A stretch of DNA of 63,474 bases, filler included, from Reticulomyxa filosa (GCA_000512085.1; 20 parts of 20 records of this genome joined end to end with filler, not necessarily neighbours in it), one strand, 5' to 3'. Shown: positions 23,409 through 37,610, counted from the first letter of the whole stretch. Notes: generated by a model from the letters alone, not told the origin. Program-made: numbers and translations.

Positions 23409-25280
23409 TTATGGCTTTGTATTGGATGAAGTATCTTGTGGATTGTTTTGGGGTTGGGTGCCATCCGCTTCACGAGTTTCCTGTTCGACTTCGTCATGTC
23501 CATGCATCAATACATTAAGTACTTGATTGTCACCATTTTCAGGGGTTATCACATCGTGCATTTCCAGCACGACATCGTCATCATCCTCATTATCAGGCAC
23601 TTTTTTTTTTTTCCCCCGTAAAGAGCAAAACATTCACAACAAAATAGAAAAAGAAACATGATATTAGACATGTATAGTGTTAATACCTGGATCAGAGAGG
23701 TTTCGAGAAAGCATTCTCATACTGGTATTAAGCATTCTTTTGGCAAAAGATCCTTTTGCAGATTCGCTTCGTTGTCGTGGCTGTGCATTTTGTTGTGTTG
23801 TTTCCTGTTGTGGCGTTTCTTCTTGTTCTGCACCATCAGTAGCTCCGGTCACGGCGGGGTCCCCTTCGGGGTTCATGCCTTCGGTTTCGAGTGTTTGCCG
23901 TCGTCGCGCGACGCCTTCTTGCGAGAGCACACTGTCTCGATGAGGGACAGCTTCGTCTCCTTTTGTGGTTTGGTCATCGTTCCCTCCTCCGTACATGCCA
24001 TCTGATTCCGACTCTTCTTTATCTTTGGACAGCTCTTTTTCATTGGCCGGTTTATCTTTATCTTTCGGAGAAGTCTTTGGATCTTGCTGTGACACCATTT
24101 GTTCGACGCCGATAATATCCGCCTGCAATGTCGCTTGTTTGGGGAAGCGACGCTGGTAGCAGCAATAGAACAACAAGACAACAGCGGTGCAAAGGAAGAT
24201 GATCGCGATCACTAGAGCGATGATATACAGCACGCTGATGGATGCAAATTGCTGGTTCACATTTTGCTTGACTTGTGTCGCGTTGTAACGAGTCGGAGAC
24301 GACGTTGGATGCATTGTCACCGTGGTCTTGGTCGGACTTTCCGTTGTCACCTGCGATGCGCTTGGCACGCTTGTGGGCGGCTGTGACAATGTGTCGGTCG
24401 GCGCATTTGTGGGCGACAGTGAAGGTGTCCATGTACTCACTGTCGGATTCAATGTCGACTGCGTCGGATACACGGTCGGGCGAGTGGTTGGTCGATCTGT
24501 TGGCAGAGTCGTTGGTTGATCTGTTGGCAGAGTCGTTGGTTGGTCTGTTGGCAGATTTGTTGGATGCTTTGTCGGTTGGTTTGTGGGATTCACTGTTGAA
24601 GTCTTTTGTGTATTTATTTATTTATTTATTTATTTGTTTGTTTGTTTGTTCTTTTCAAATTGCATCTATATAAATATACGTATACATAAATTCATGTATA
24701 TAATTTATTTGTATGTATTTGCAATGCATTAAAAAAAAACCAAACAGTTTGAACGGTAGAAGGCTGGGTCGGGGAGTGTGTTGGAACGGATGTAGGAGGC
24801 TGAGTCGGTGCTGTGGTCGGAAACCCGATCGGAAATGCGGTCGGCAGGGCGAAAGGGGAGGCAGTGGGATGTCTGGTGGGTGACTTTGTGGGATGTTTGG
24901 TGGGGAATTTTGTGGGATATCTGGTGGGAAGTTTAGTGGGGTGTTTGGTGGGCGGCTTTGTGGGGTGTTTGGTGGGAGGTTTCGTTGGCAGTTTCGTTGG
25001 CAGTTTCGTTGGGGGTTTCGTTGGCGGCTTTGTTGGCTGTTTCGTTGGCCGTTTCGTTGGCGGCTTCGTTGGCAGTTTCGTTGGGAGTTTTGTGGGGGGT
25101 TTCGTTGGGAGTTTTGTGGGAGGTTTTGTTGGTAGTTTCGTTGGCGGTTTCGTGGGACGTTTCGTGGGATGTACTGTAGGCGCTGGAGTGGGTGAAGCGG
25201 ATGGTTTTAATGTGTACACCTGGTTGGCCACGCCTTTGATTTTGTATATGAAGTGGTTTAATAATCAAATGAGCTAAAAA
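23409..25280 (-). CDS. Mucin-like PT-repeat (PTKxPTKx) single-pass membrane protein, multi-exon, 5' truncated
   Basis: 12-bp PT repeats at 24740-25180 and 24330-24593; TM helix ISVLYIIALVIAIIFLCTAVVLLFYCCY; acidic cytoplasmic tail. Confidence 0.8.
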
Positions 25281-27883
25281 NNNNNNNNNNNNNNNNNNNN
25301 NNNNNNNNNNNNNNNNNNNNNNNNTTAATTAATTAANNNNNNNNNNNNNNNNNNNNNNNNNNNNNNNNNNNNNNNNNNNNGAATCCTGTGATTGCTCCAG
25401 CCTTTTTTTTTTTTTTTTTTTTTTCATTGATTTTTTTTTAATTGTTGTTATTGTACCAGTTGCACCTTTTGCAACTGTTTTTCTACTCCCTTCTTGCTCT
25501 TGTTTTTCCCCCTTTCGTACATTCCGTCCCTCCTTGCACTATTTTTCTCCCCCACTCCACCTGGGCTCCCTTTTTCGCTCTTGTTGTAATAATATTTGTT
25601 TTATTTTCTTGGGAGAGGGGGGGGTTTTTTTCTTCATTTGTAGTGTGAATTTTTTTATTGATATATAATATATATATATAATGAGGGAGGGATCATTATT
25701 TGAATTATTTGTTTATTGGTGTGTGTTTTTAATTACCTTTTTTTATTTTTTTATTATTTTATGATGGTGGTGGTGGTGGTGATGATGATATTTGGCTCTA
25801 ATGTCTGGTTCCTGCGCCGCGTTTGGATAATGGCTCTCCCCTTCAAATACAATGTGTTGCCGCACGCTAGGGATCACAATTTGATGCGGTATTCGCATCG
25901 CATGAGTCGTCAATGCCATCCCAGTCCTGCAAAAGATAGAGAGAGTCCACGAGTGTGGACGAATTACGGTGATGACGAGAAGGCGACTCCGATTGACGCG
26001 CAATATCTATGGACAGCCTCCCCCCATGTGGCTTGTGCCATTAGATATCGACGCGCATTAGGGATGCATTGCATCCCATCAAAGTGGTCCTGCAATAACT
26101 GGAAGAGATGATGAGGATATTGACAAGCAAGCACTCGGCTGTGTCAATCCTCGCATCGCTAATGCAACACAAAGGGATCAGAGCGGCCGTCATAAGCGCG
26201 GTTCATCCGCATTCACAAGTTTCCTTTTTTTTTTTTTTTTTTTGTCATATCACACGAATACGAATACATTACTTGCAATCTTTTGTCTGCTTTGGAATAG
26301 TTGGAAAATAATTTGATTATTCGCAAGATTCCTGTCAATGGTATTTCGTGGTATTTAATTTTTTAATTAATTAATTAATTAATTTTATTTTATTTTATTT
26401 TATTTTAATTTTAATATTTTTATAATGACTATAATCATATTCGGCATTTTTCTCTTCAAAATAAATCGCACAATAAATTAACTTTTTGAGATTGCAGTTA
26501 TTAATCCAACTCAAATAACTGCATATGTTGATATACATATTGTCTTTGTCCACAATTTTGGTATATTTTATTGCTACACACACACACACATACATATTGA
26601 TGGTTACATTTGCCACAGCAAAGTATTCAAATATTGCCATGTTCATAACAAATCAAAGATCACTATCTTGTTCCTTTTTTTTTTTTTTTTTTGAAAATTT
26701 CACTTTCCACGAATCAAATACGTATACAAACACACAAAATGCTTACCAAATTTCAAAACAGGATTTTGGCATACCGAATAAGCCATTGAAAAAGTAAAAC
26801 TATTTGTGATTGTCATAAGCCATCATCACCGTTGTGTGTCACAAGGGAGGGGAGAGCAGGGACAGCCCGTCATTCGACGATCTTCGTTTTGCACATAAAG
26901 TGTGCCACCAATTGCATTCTTTTTTTTTTTTTTTTTGCTATTGCTTTTCAATATGTGAATAGATTGAAGNNNNNNNNNNNNNNNNNNNNNNNNNNNNNNN
27001 NNNNNNNNNNNNNTTAATTAATTAANNNNNNNNNNNNNNNNNNNNNNNNNNNNNNNNNNNNNNNNNNNNTTTTTTTTTATTGTTTGATCTTCGTTATTTT
27101 TATGTGCGACATTTATTTGCACATATATCAAAGACTTTTCAAAAAAAACAAAAAACTACATCTCTTCAATTACTTTGCACGATATAATTTAAAATTCCAT
27201 AGACACTAATTACAACAAAACGATAAAACTTAGTATATTATGTGTTATTGAAAAAGAATAAAAAGTAATAAAAACACAGATGATTATCATCCAGTAGTAG
27301 ATTGTAATCATACAAATTTCAATTGAAATATGTAAAGATGAATGTACTTATGAGCTTAATTTACTTATACCAAACTCTTCAAATCAATTGAAATTGCATT
27401 ATTGATCATATTGTACTATATTATTCCCATATTTTAGTGATTTTATCATAAAAACTTGATACAAATGTCCTTTCAGTTGAAAAAGTTTCTTATTGTTTGT
27501 GAGATATTCAATCAAATAAGAAGGAATTATATATGGCAAATGCAAACGATGAAATAATGGAATACTAGGTCTTAAATTTCTATAATTGAAAAGTAAAGCA
27601 GTAATTGTATTTATGATATTAATATGTGTTATGACCCAAGAAAAGGTCATATTCATATTTGGGGATAATGTTGTTCTACAAAAGAGCATTTTAATTGATT
27701 TGGTTTTTGTTAAGAAAAAATAAAAATTATTCCAAAACGTAAGCACATTTAATCATTCGATAAAATTGTATTATCTTAAAAATCTTTTGTTCTTTTTTTT
27801 GACAAGCTCCTTCCTTTATGAAAACTGATAGAAAAAGTTTTAAATTTTTTTATCTTATATCATTACGTCGTCAAATTGAAAAA

Positions 27884-29251
27884 ATGGAAAATTTTTCCAG
27901 TAAAAATATGGCTTTAATACAACCATCAGTGGTAAGTTTCCTTTTAATACTGCTTCTTCAGAAATCTAAATTTCTTTAACTTGATTGTATATGATTTGAG
28001 ACGAAACTGTCTGAAAAAGAAGAGACTGAAATAATTGTTCAACATTGGATTCGAAAATTAAAGATTAGATTAGGATGGATCAATGATTTCGATAAACTTG
28101 TTGTCAATTATGTTATGTTTTTATTATTATTGAATGATTAAAAAAAGTATTTAAATGTTTATTATTTAACATAGGTTACTACTATCTTTATGCTTGACAT
28201 ATTTTGTTTATCATCTAAATTACTCAAGACTTTTTATGGACATGCCAATGCTGTGTGGAGTATTGATTATTCAACATTTAATGATGATCAATTACTTTGT
28301 TCCGGATCAATTGATAATACGGTTCGTGTATGGAATATAAAGACTAATGAACAAATTCAGTTATTTAATAAACACTCATCTTTTGTGTATTGTGCAAAAT
28401 TTTCATCATATCATCATTATAATAATCACCAAAATGTAATTTGTTCTTCATCAAATGACAAAACCATTCGTTTTTGGGATGTCAAAAATAATCAACAATT
28501 ACAAATGTTTGATGAACATATTAACTGTGTCGTTGGTATTGAATTTTCACAATTTAATGGTGGTAGATATTTGTGTTCTGGATCTGGCGATAGAACTATT
28601 CGTTTATGGGATGTTAAAACATACACACCATTACATATTTTTAATGGGCATACGAATATTGTTTGGTGTATAGATATTTCACCATTACAAAACAATAATA
28701 GCAATAATAATAAAAGTAATCATATTGGTATAATTGGTGGTAATGGATATACTATTTGTTCTGGATCATTTGATAAAACTATTCGAATATGGGATATTGA
28801 AACAGCTAAACAATCAATTAAACTCAAAGGACATGAAAATTGGATTAGGAGTGTAAAATATGGATCGAATGAATTAAGAAACACAATATTATCTGGATCA
28901 GATGATAAAAGTGTTCGTTTATGGGATATTCAATCTGGTAAACAAATTGAAATATTTAATGGACATACAATGTGGGTTAGTACTGTTGAATATTCACCAT
29001 TTGTAGTAAAGAATATTGAAATTGGAAATAATTCAAATGTAATATGTTCTGGATCGATGGATAATACAATTTATTTTTGGGATATTCGATCAAATAAGAA
29101 GGAATTGTTTGTAATCAATGGAGATGAAAAAAGAGATGATGGAATATGCTGTCTTAAATTTTTACAATTAAAAAAAAGAAATAATGACCGTGACTATAAT
29201 ATTAATTTGTGTTTTGGTTCAGGCGATGGTCCAATTCGTATTTGGGAATAG
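27884..29251 (+). CDS. WD40-repeat protein with an N-terminal 'IVQHWIRKLKIRLGWINDFDKLVVNY' module (3 exons)
   Basis: Seven GH..WD repeats. Small upstream exons with GT-AG introns encode the conserved module. Confidence 0.9.
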
Positions 29252-29446
29252 TATTAATATTACAACTAAAAATGTTTTTGAATTAAATATTTTGTTTGCA
29301 ACTGTTAAAGCAAACAAGTAAAATATTGGTCAGTTAAATTGATGTAATTAACAAATTTTTTTATTAATTAAAAACTACGCCTAAAAAGTTCAAACATTTT
29401 TTTCCTTCTTACATCATCTAACTCAATCACAAAGAGTTCTAAAAGA

Positions 29447-30802
29447 ATGAGTGCTTCAATTAATGAAGAAAAAAGTTCAATGCAACAACTATTGGTAAGC
29501 TTTAGTTTATTATTAATCATTTGTCTTCATGATATGTGACTGTAATTGTGATTTAATTAAATCAGTCAGAAGAAGAAAAGATTAAAATCGTTATTGCACA
29601 TTGGATTAGAATGTTAAAAATTAAATTAGGATGGATAAGTGATTTCGACAAAATTGTTGTCAATTATGTTATGTTTTTATTTATTTATTTCAAACGGAGA
29701 TATTTATTTTGCTGTTATTACAACTTTGACACAGGCAACTACTTTCTTTATTCTTGATACTTTTCGTTCATCATCAATGCTACTTCAAAAATTCATTGGA
29801 CATACTAGATGTGTAAATAATATTGATTATTTGACATTTGATGATAGTCAATTCATTTGTTCTGCATCATCTGATCAAACAATTCGTGTATGGGATATAG
29901 AGAACAGCAAACAAATGATATTATTCAATGAACATTCAAACTCTGTAAATTGTGTAAAATTTTCACGATATCATTATTATAACAATAGTCAGAATGTCAT
30001 TTGTTCTTCATCGTATGATGAAACCATTCGTTTTTGGGATATCAAGGATAGTCAACAGTTACAAATATTCAATGTAAATACTGATGGTGTTTGTGGCATC
30101 GAATTTTCACCATTTAATGGTGGTAGATATATGTGTTTTGGATCTATTAATAAAACTATCCATTTATGGGATATTGAAACATCCAAATCATTACATGTTT
30201 TTAATGGACATACAAGTACTGTTTGGTGTGTAGATTTTTCACCAGTGCAAAATAATAATAATAATAATAATAAAAGTAATCATATTGGTATAATTGGTGG
30301 TAATGGATATACTATTTGTTCTGGATCATTGGATACAACTATTCGAATATGGGATATTGAAACAACTAAACAATCAATTGAATTCAAAGGACATGAAAAT
30401 TGGATTAATAGCGTAAAATATGGATCAAATGAATTGGAAAATACAATATTATCTGGATCAAATGACAAAAGTGTTCGTTTATGGGATATTCGATCTAATA
30501 AACAAATTCAAGTATTCAATGGACATCTAAATCAAGTACACATTGTTGAATATTCACCATTTATAGTAAATAATAAATTTGATGATAAGTCAAATGTGAT
30601 ATGTTCTGGATCATTGGATAATACAATCCGTTTTTGGGACATTCGATCAAATAAAGATGTATTATATACAATCAAAGGAAATGATGAAGATTGGGGAATA
30701 TATTGTATTAAATTTTTGCAATTAAAAAAGAATAGAAAATACAATAATGATATTACACTGTGTTATGGCTCATTGAGAGGCACCATTAATGTTTGGGGAT
30801 AA
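29447..30802 (+). CDS. Tandem paralogue WD40-repeat protein with the same N-terminal module (3 exons)
   Basis: IAHWIRMLKIKLGWISDFDKIVVNY followed by seven WD40 repeats collinear with 27884-29251. Confidence 0.9.
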
Positions 30803-31214
30803 ATAAAAAATTAAATGAATCCAATCCTTTTTAAGCAAATCTGTACATTTTTCAAAAAGAATTGAAATGAAACATCTTTTAGGCAAATTGAATTTAAAGA
30901 ATTGAAATTGCATATTACTTTTTCTAAAAAGAATTAATTTTTTTTCATTTGATATTATCCAAATATAACATAAACCTTTATCCGTGCATATCACAATCAT
31001 GATTTCTCTTTTTTAATTACTAACCTGAATGTTTATTAAATTGTTGAATTTGTTGATTAATTTCTATATTTCATACAAAAACAAATAAATTATTAATTAT
31101 CAAATATTGAATAATCAATATTATTTACAAGCTAATATATCCAATAAATGTTTTGAGTAATTTAGAAGATGAATGTAAAATTTGAAATATGAAAATATTA
31201 ATTATTGATTATAT

Positions 31215-31310
31215 ATATGTTTGATAATAATTTTATCAAAATCATTGATCCATCCTAATTTAATGGTCGAGTCCAATATTGGATAGTTGATGAAATTTCT
31301 TCTTTTAATC
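31215..31310 (-). pseudogene. Remnant of the same WD40-associated N-terminal module
   Basis: Reverse strand reads KEEISSTIQYWTR, then a frameshift, then LGWINDFDKIII. No intact WD40 follows. Confidence 0.55.
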
Positions 31311-31666
31311 TGTTATTCTTTTGATTATAGTCATATGTGATATTTAATTCAAAAAGGATTTTGAACAAAGCTAGTTGTGTTTTAAATGTAATATCAAATG
31401 AAAAATATATAAATAATAATTATTGTGATTATTAGATATTAATCTGTAAAAATTTTTCAATTAATCTTGAAAGAATCAAACCACATTATAAATAACATAT
31501 TGAAACAAAAAATCAACATTAATATTATCTTTAGATGATGTTTCCATATAACACAAATTATGTTGTTTAAAATATCCAATAATAGAATTAATATACTCTT
31601 CGACAAACATTTTTTTCCATTGAACACAGGTCATGTCATAAGAAAAAATCTAATGTTTACAATGAT

Positions 31667-32855
31667 TTATACTTTACCCATCTCTTGGCCATTGACAGCA
31701 AATGTCTGTCTTCCAAGGCCTTTCAATGTTTTATATCCATTGCAAAAAAAAAAAGACAATGACAACAAATTGATATTAATATTTGCAGCATGAAATGAAT
31801 TAAGAAAAAGTAGATTTTTGAATTTGCCGTTTGTGATTTCTTTTTTTTCTCACAACCAACTCTATTTTAATTAACACAATACAACGTAGTCATTCTTCTG
31901 TTATGCCTTGCAAGTGACCCAATAAGCGTCCAAAGTGTCATGCTTTTTGAAATCAATAAGAGCAGTTTGACACTTTTCTTTCGTCTGAGAACAAGCTATG
32001 AAAGCAGTCCAATCCAAGTGACGAGTCAAGAAAAAGTTGGGGAGGGTATAGCTAAATAGATATCTGTGCTACACAATATGCATATAATACACACAAATAC
32101 CTAAAATAGAATTTGGAAGACATTTTCCTTCCAATTCAATAGCATGATTCAAAGCCTTGCCAAAGATATGAAATCGCAAGCAAGAGCGCCCCAAGATGCA
32201 GCCCAAGACATAGCCATGCGCAATCCCGATCCGAATATGGATATTGATTGGATCAGAGACGTTTTCAGGTTGAAAGATATTTTGAATTCGGTAATCTTTC
32301 AATTGGTTGTGTATGCTTAGCACGCTCAAGGCGAATTGAAGAACAGATTCGGGCAGCCCTTCAAATGAAACGCAGATATATGCATCCCTTTTTTTTTTTT
32401 TTTTTTTTAATAAAAAATCAAAAATTAAATCAAAAAAGTTAGGAAAAAAAAACAAACCCAATGGTTTCAATCTTTTCAATATGGAGTTGAGCAGCAAGAT
32501 CATCATATTTTGCGTACAAGTGGTGGAGCAAGGACACAACAAAAGAGGGATGCAATTTGGAGGAGAGTTCTGTAAAGCCCATAAGATCGGACTGAAAGAC
32601 GGTGGAGGCATGAAACTGATACTTTAGGAGATGATGATTTTGTTCCATTACCGGTTTCGACAACAATTCCTTTGCGATAAACTGTGGTAACAAAACCGAA
32701 GTGGATTGCTCTCTTTCATTTCTCGATTTCTCAATTGCCTCTTGATATACAATATTTCGTCTCCATTCCTTTTCTTGCTTATAGCCAATTATTATGCTCA
32801 TCAGCAATACCGATGTGTCGATTAAGAATGTAGAGACATCCACTATGATATACAA
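31667..32855 (-). CDS. Membrane class III adenylate/guanylate cyclase, C-terminal part, multi-exon
   Basis: TM helix followed by STVFQSDLMGFTELSS..IEKIETIG|DAYICVS..IRIGIAHGYVLGCILGRSCLRFHIFGKALNHAIELE. Confidence 0.85.
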
Positions 32856-33009
32856 TATATATACATATANNNNNNNNNNNNNNNNNNNNNNNNNNNNNNN
32901 NNNNNNNNNNNNNTTAATTAATTAANNNNNNNNNNNNNNNNNNNNNNNNNNNNNNNNNNNNNNNNNNNNGAAAAAAAAAAAAAAAAAAAAAAAATCAAAA
33001 CTACTCACG

Positions 33010-34940
33010 GATGAGATCAGTCCAGGATTCAATGGCATTGGTGATAATGTATCGCATTTGCGTACGATAATTGTGTTGTGACATCAGATAAAGCATATTT
33101 GCAATCTCTTGGTCCGTTCCCGGATTTTTAAATTTTTCGAATTTGGCCTGTTGCTAATTCAGCGATTTTTATAATTGTGTTGGATTGACTTTGTTTGCTT
33201 TGATTTTGAAATTAAATCAAATCAAATCAAAAAAAAAAAAAAAAGACAGAACTTGTAGCAGCTCTTCTGTTAATTCATCAATTTTCCACTCGAAATCATC
33301 AAAAGATTTATCAAAGGGACGTTTGAAGGAGTCCACTCTGATTCCCAACATCGTTGGCTTGTAGCTAAACTTTTGTATCTCTCCAAGGTCAACATCGGAT
33401 TCTCCCAAGAATACTGCGATTGCATTTGTTATCGGCTTGTTGCCACGTCCGCTTCTCCCAGCAAAACTCTGACCATCTGCGACCTTTTCGTCTATATTGT
33501 CGTGCTCATCTTTGAACGCATACGACGTGGTTCCATATCGTGCCCACATTCGCTCTTTCTCTTTTGCCTCGAATTCGGACTCGTCGTATTCACTCTTCAA
33601 AAACCCCAATGTCACCCACGAATCTGTGTCCAACGGACTGTAGTTTGGGACCAACTCGGGGTTGGTCACTATTACGTGTCTTGGCACAAACAACGAAGGG
33701 AAGTGCTTGAACATTGCATAATACAATGCAATACATTTGAACAGCCAACTTCGTTGGTTAAAGTAATGCTTCACCACCGCTTGGTTTTTGAAGAGAGGAT
33801 CTTCCGGTCCCTTCTCGACCCCAGCCTTCCTTGTTGTCAACTCTTTGATATCGGTGCATTGCATGCAGTTCGATAGCAAATTCACAAACAACGAAGGGTA
33901 GTCCTCGCATGCACGAACAGCACGTCCAGATACTTTTGGGTGTTGCAATAGCACGTACAGACATTCAAGGCACTTTTCCGCTAACTCTGGGGTTTCTTGG
34001 CAAATCCTGTAACAGAGCAAGGAGAGGGGGGGGGGAAAAAAAAAAACAACAACAAAAACCCCAAGCGACTAAAAAATAAAAAAATAAAAAATAAAAAAAA
34101 ATAAAAAAAAGTTTAGGGATGCTATAACTTTGGATTGCGACACAAAAGCAAGATTTGAGCCAAACACGAGTTCGGACTTCGAAAATCATCTCTGCTGGGT
34201 GACGTGTCGGAAAATCCTAACAACGATAGCACCAGGATGTGTTCTTTCATTTGCAACGACTCTGCCAAAAACTGAACGATTGCAATACGGTTATCAATGG
34301 CATCATCGGGTACATTACGAAGTGCAGGTCTAGTCCGCAATTGCGAGCTAAATGCGTGTTCAATTACGCTCAAATGATCCCTTTCGATGAAGCAATTGCT
34401 CAAAGTGAAGTCATATGGATAGCGATTCAAGTAGGACAAGATTTTCAGGGATTGGATACGTATGGTCGGATGTGCGAAGGCAACGCAACTGGCCAAGTTG
34501 ATTATTTGAGGACGATATTGGCCGGACAACAATGACACTGCCAAAGGCTGAACGTTGGGGGCATCCGCCAAAGATTTTTCACAAAAATTCAAAAACGAAT
34601 TTTCCAATCTCACCAGCACTGAGCAAAAAAAAAAGGCAACACAATTTTATTTATCTATTTATTCATTTGTTTTGAGCATTCAAAAAAAAAAAAAAAAAAA
34701 TACGTATATAATACCTTGCAATAAATTCAATAAATTGCAAATTGCAGTTTCCACAAAATGGATTCCTTCGTCAAGAAACGATTTTTCGCGTAGAATGGAA
34801 AGGCCTTCCTCGAATACGTGCATCATGGCATCGAAGGTAGGCGAGTCTGCTTCCAAAATGTTAATTAATAGTCCCAAAGAAGGGTCGACGAAATCTGAAC
34901 AGTCATTATTCCACTTTATTTGTATAGACTTGGCTAACAC
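33010..34940 (-). CDS. NUP205: Nucleoporin Nup205/Nup192-like, internal fragment, multi-exon
   Basis: RIAIVQFL..SL..LSLLGF, PNSCLAQIL, PELAEKCLECLYVL and FNQRSWLFKCIAL occur in the order of conserved Nup205 motifs. Confidence 0.65.
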
Positions 34941-35067
34941 TTTTTTTTTTTTTTTTTTTTTTTTTTTNNNNNNNNNNNNNNNNNNNNNNNNNNNNNNNNN
35001 NNNNNNNNNNNTTAATTAATTAANNNNNNNNNNNNNNNNNNNNNNNNNNNNNNNNNNNNNNNNNNNN

Positions 35068-35379
35068 CAACAAATTCAAGTGTTCAATGGACATACAAAC
35101 AGTGTGTATGATGTTGAATACTCACCATTTATAATAAAGAATAGTATTGGTAGTTCGATTGTAATATGTTCTGGATCAAGTGATAATACAATTCGTTTTT
35201 GGGATATTCGATCAAATAAGAATGAATTGTATATGATCAAAAGAGATGATAAAGAAGATGATGGAATAATTTGTCTTAAATTTATTGGATTGAAAAAGAA
35301 AGAGAAGACAAATAATGTTACATATAATTCGAATTTGTGTTATGGTTCAAGTAATGGTCCCATTCACATTTGGGGATAA
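35068..35379 (+). CDS. 3' end of another WD40 paralogue of the 27884/29447 family
   Basis: FNGHTNSVYDVEYSPF..ICSGSSDNTIRFWDIRSNK..LCYGSSNGPIHIWG*. Confidence 0.85.
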   Translation, partial: QQIQVFNGHTNSVYDVEYSPFIIKNSIGSSIVICSGSSDNTIRFWDIRSNKNELYMIKRDDKEDDGIICLKFIGLKKKEKTNNVTYNSNLCYGSSNGPIHIWG

Positions 35380-35519
35380 TTTACTTTTTATGGAATAAGA
35401 AATGAAAGTGTTTGTTTGAAAAGTTTGATTAAAAGAAAATTAAGATGATATTAAACTTGTTTGATTTGGTTGAATGAAAGCTTTGAAAAATGTGTTCTAT
35501 CTTACTTTTTTGTTTAAAA

Positions 35520-36200
35520 AAATTGAAAAAAGATAAAACTTCATCAGATGATTCTAAAGTTATTTCATATTCACGTGACGAAAATATTCGAATATGAGGC
35601 ATATCTTTAGAAAAACAAATTTAAGCACTGAGGACATAATGGAGTTATTAATTGCATTTATTTTTCATCGATCATTTAAAATTAGTGTCTACTTGTAAAC
35701 TGTCGCATCCCAAGATCTTTGTTATATCTAAAGAAATATTAATCCACGCTTTGTGCGTCAAATCGCTTATAATTTCAACATAATATATCTAAACTCTTCC
35801 TTAAAAACAAAGAAATTATAATATCATATTTCGTGCATGTATAAATTTTTTCAACGACAAATGAATAAAGATATAATATAAGATTCTATCATGCAGTCAA
35901 AATAGTGAAATAGCAATTTAATTTTAGTATGCTTGATGTTGATATTACGTATACCAAAAGTATAGTATCAACAACAACAATTTGGTGAAGTGTTGCAAAT
36001 TGTACAGTAAAACTATGTCACATTCCACAAATTACAAAAGCTATTAAACCGAGACAATTCCAATCATCACTTATCAATAAAATAGCATTGGTGTGTAAGT
36101 TAGATATATTTCTTTTATAAATGGAATTCTTTATCACCAGACGGCTCAAAGCTGGTATCATGTGCAAATGATAAAACAATACGAGTATGGGGTGGAAATA
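35520..36200 (+). pseudogene. Degraded WD40 gene
   Basis: Fragments SSDDSKVISYSRDENIRI* and SPDGSKLVSCANDKTIRVWG among stops and frameshifts. Confidence 0.6.
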
Positions 36201-36649
36201 ATGTTAAAATCATTGATGTAAATGAAAATATATTTGGAAAATTGGTATTCAACACGGTTCGTCAATGAAAGGAAGTATTTGGAGGAATACAAATGGTTTG
36301 ATTTCTCCACAGAAATTACTTGTAAAACAACGTGGTGGAATATTTTGACTTCCTTTTTGTTGGTTAATTTATTTTTGTTTATATATTAAATACTTTGTTA
36401 ATATCACAAATATTTCCATCAATTTTTACTTCTATTGATTGTATAATTCAAATTGCTTTATGAACTTGGCCTAATTATTTTACGAAGTATGAATCAATAA
36501 TTCGATNNNNNNNNNNNNNNNNNNNNNNNNNNNNNNNNNNNNNNNNNNNNTTAATTAATTAANNNNNNNNNNNNNNNNNNNNNNNNNNNNNNNNNNNNNN
36601 NNNNNNTTGGATATGTATACATAAATATATATATATATATATATATGTA

Positions 36650-37008
36650 AACCTGACTCTCAAATCCACTGAGCATAAATTCTTACCCATGTCTCCTGGA
36701 TGAGGCAAACAGGTTATATCGACAATTTGTCGGTATTTACTACATTCATTTCGCATCAGATCCGCACATTTTTTTAAACCATATATTTGTTCAATCACTT
36801 GGATCTCGTCTTTTTGTCTTTGATGCAACTTTTTTTTTTTTTTTTTTTTGTTCGTAAACTCGGGTTCAGTTTTAAACCTGTCTCCTAACTCTTTTTTTCA
36901 AAACATAAAAATTTTTTTAGCTTCCTCCAGTGGCATTCTTCCATTTGTCTTGTTTTGATTCTTTGCTCTTTCTTGTAAAGCCTTTTTGGTCTGCTTTTTT
37001 TTTGGCAT
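36650..37008 (-). CDS. RWD-domain protein (GCN2/RWDD-like), 5' part; frame broken near homopolymers
   Basis: QRQKDEIQVIEQIYG..IVDITCLP..CSVDLRVR resembles the RWD helix 1 (Q..E...L..IY) and the VDLRV strand. Confidence 0.5.
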
Positions 37009-37610
37009 TATTTATGCCCAATACGATTGAAGAATTAATAATTGCTTCCTAATGTATGATTATATTTCTAATGATTCGATTTAAATCCCCCTCTTTGCAC
37101 CTGTCGCATGTTTGAATAGTTTATCTTTTGACAATTTCAAACCTATTCTAATTTTTCACTTTGTTGTGTTTTCTTATTTTTTTTTACATTATCATTTTTA
37201 AAAATATTTTTGCAATAAATATCGTTAGTTGTAACAATCTGATTATAAATATTTGAATATTTATTCATTTTCATATTTTATTTTTCAGTATTCAATAAAT
37301 TGTATATGCTATTTAGCTTAAACAATGCGAGTTTGGAAGCACCAAAAACATATATTTTTTTTCTTAATTTTTCTCTATAATTATTGCATTTGATATTACT
37401 ATAGCGGGATCATTAGTTTAACTTGTTTAAACGCATTTTAATATTAAATAGTATCTCTTTGTAAGTTTCAGATTAACTTATTCTTCATATTTGCAAAAGA
37501 TGTAAAGAATGAAGACAGTTTAAGACTTTGAAAAATACTAAAGAAATTAAGAGTGAAAAAATTGTTTACAATAAGTTGAACTTTTTTTTTAAACTAACAT
37601 TGTTTGGAAA

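Noticed and set aside
24813-25277. VG-rich + strand ORFs
   Set aside because: Antisense shadows of the PT-repeat coding sequence.
25780-26220. GC-elevated segment with short ORFs in several frames
   Set aside because: Probably a decayed exon, but no frame gives a recognisable domain.
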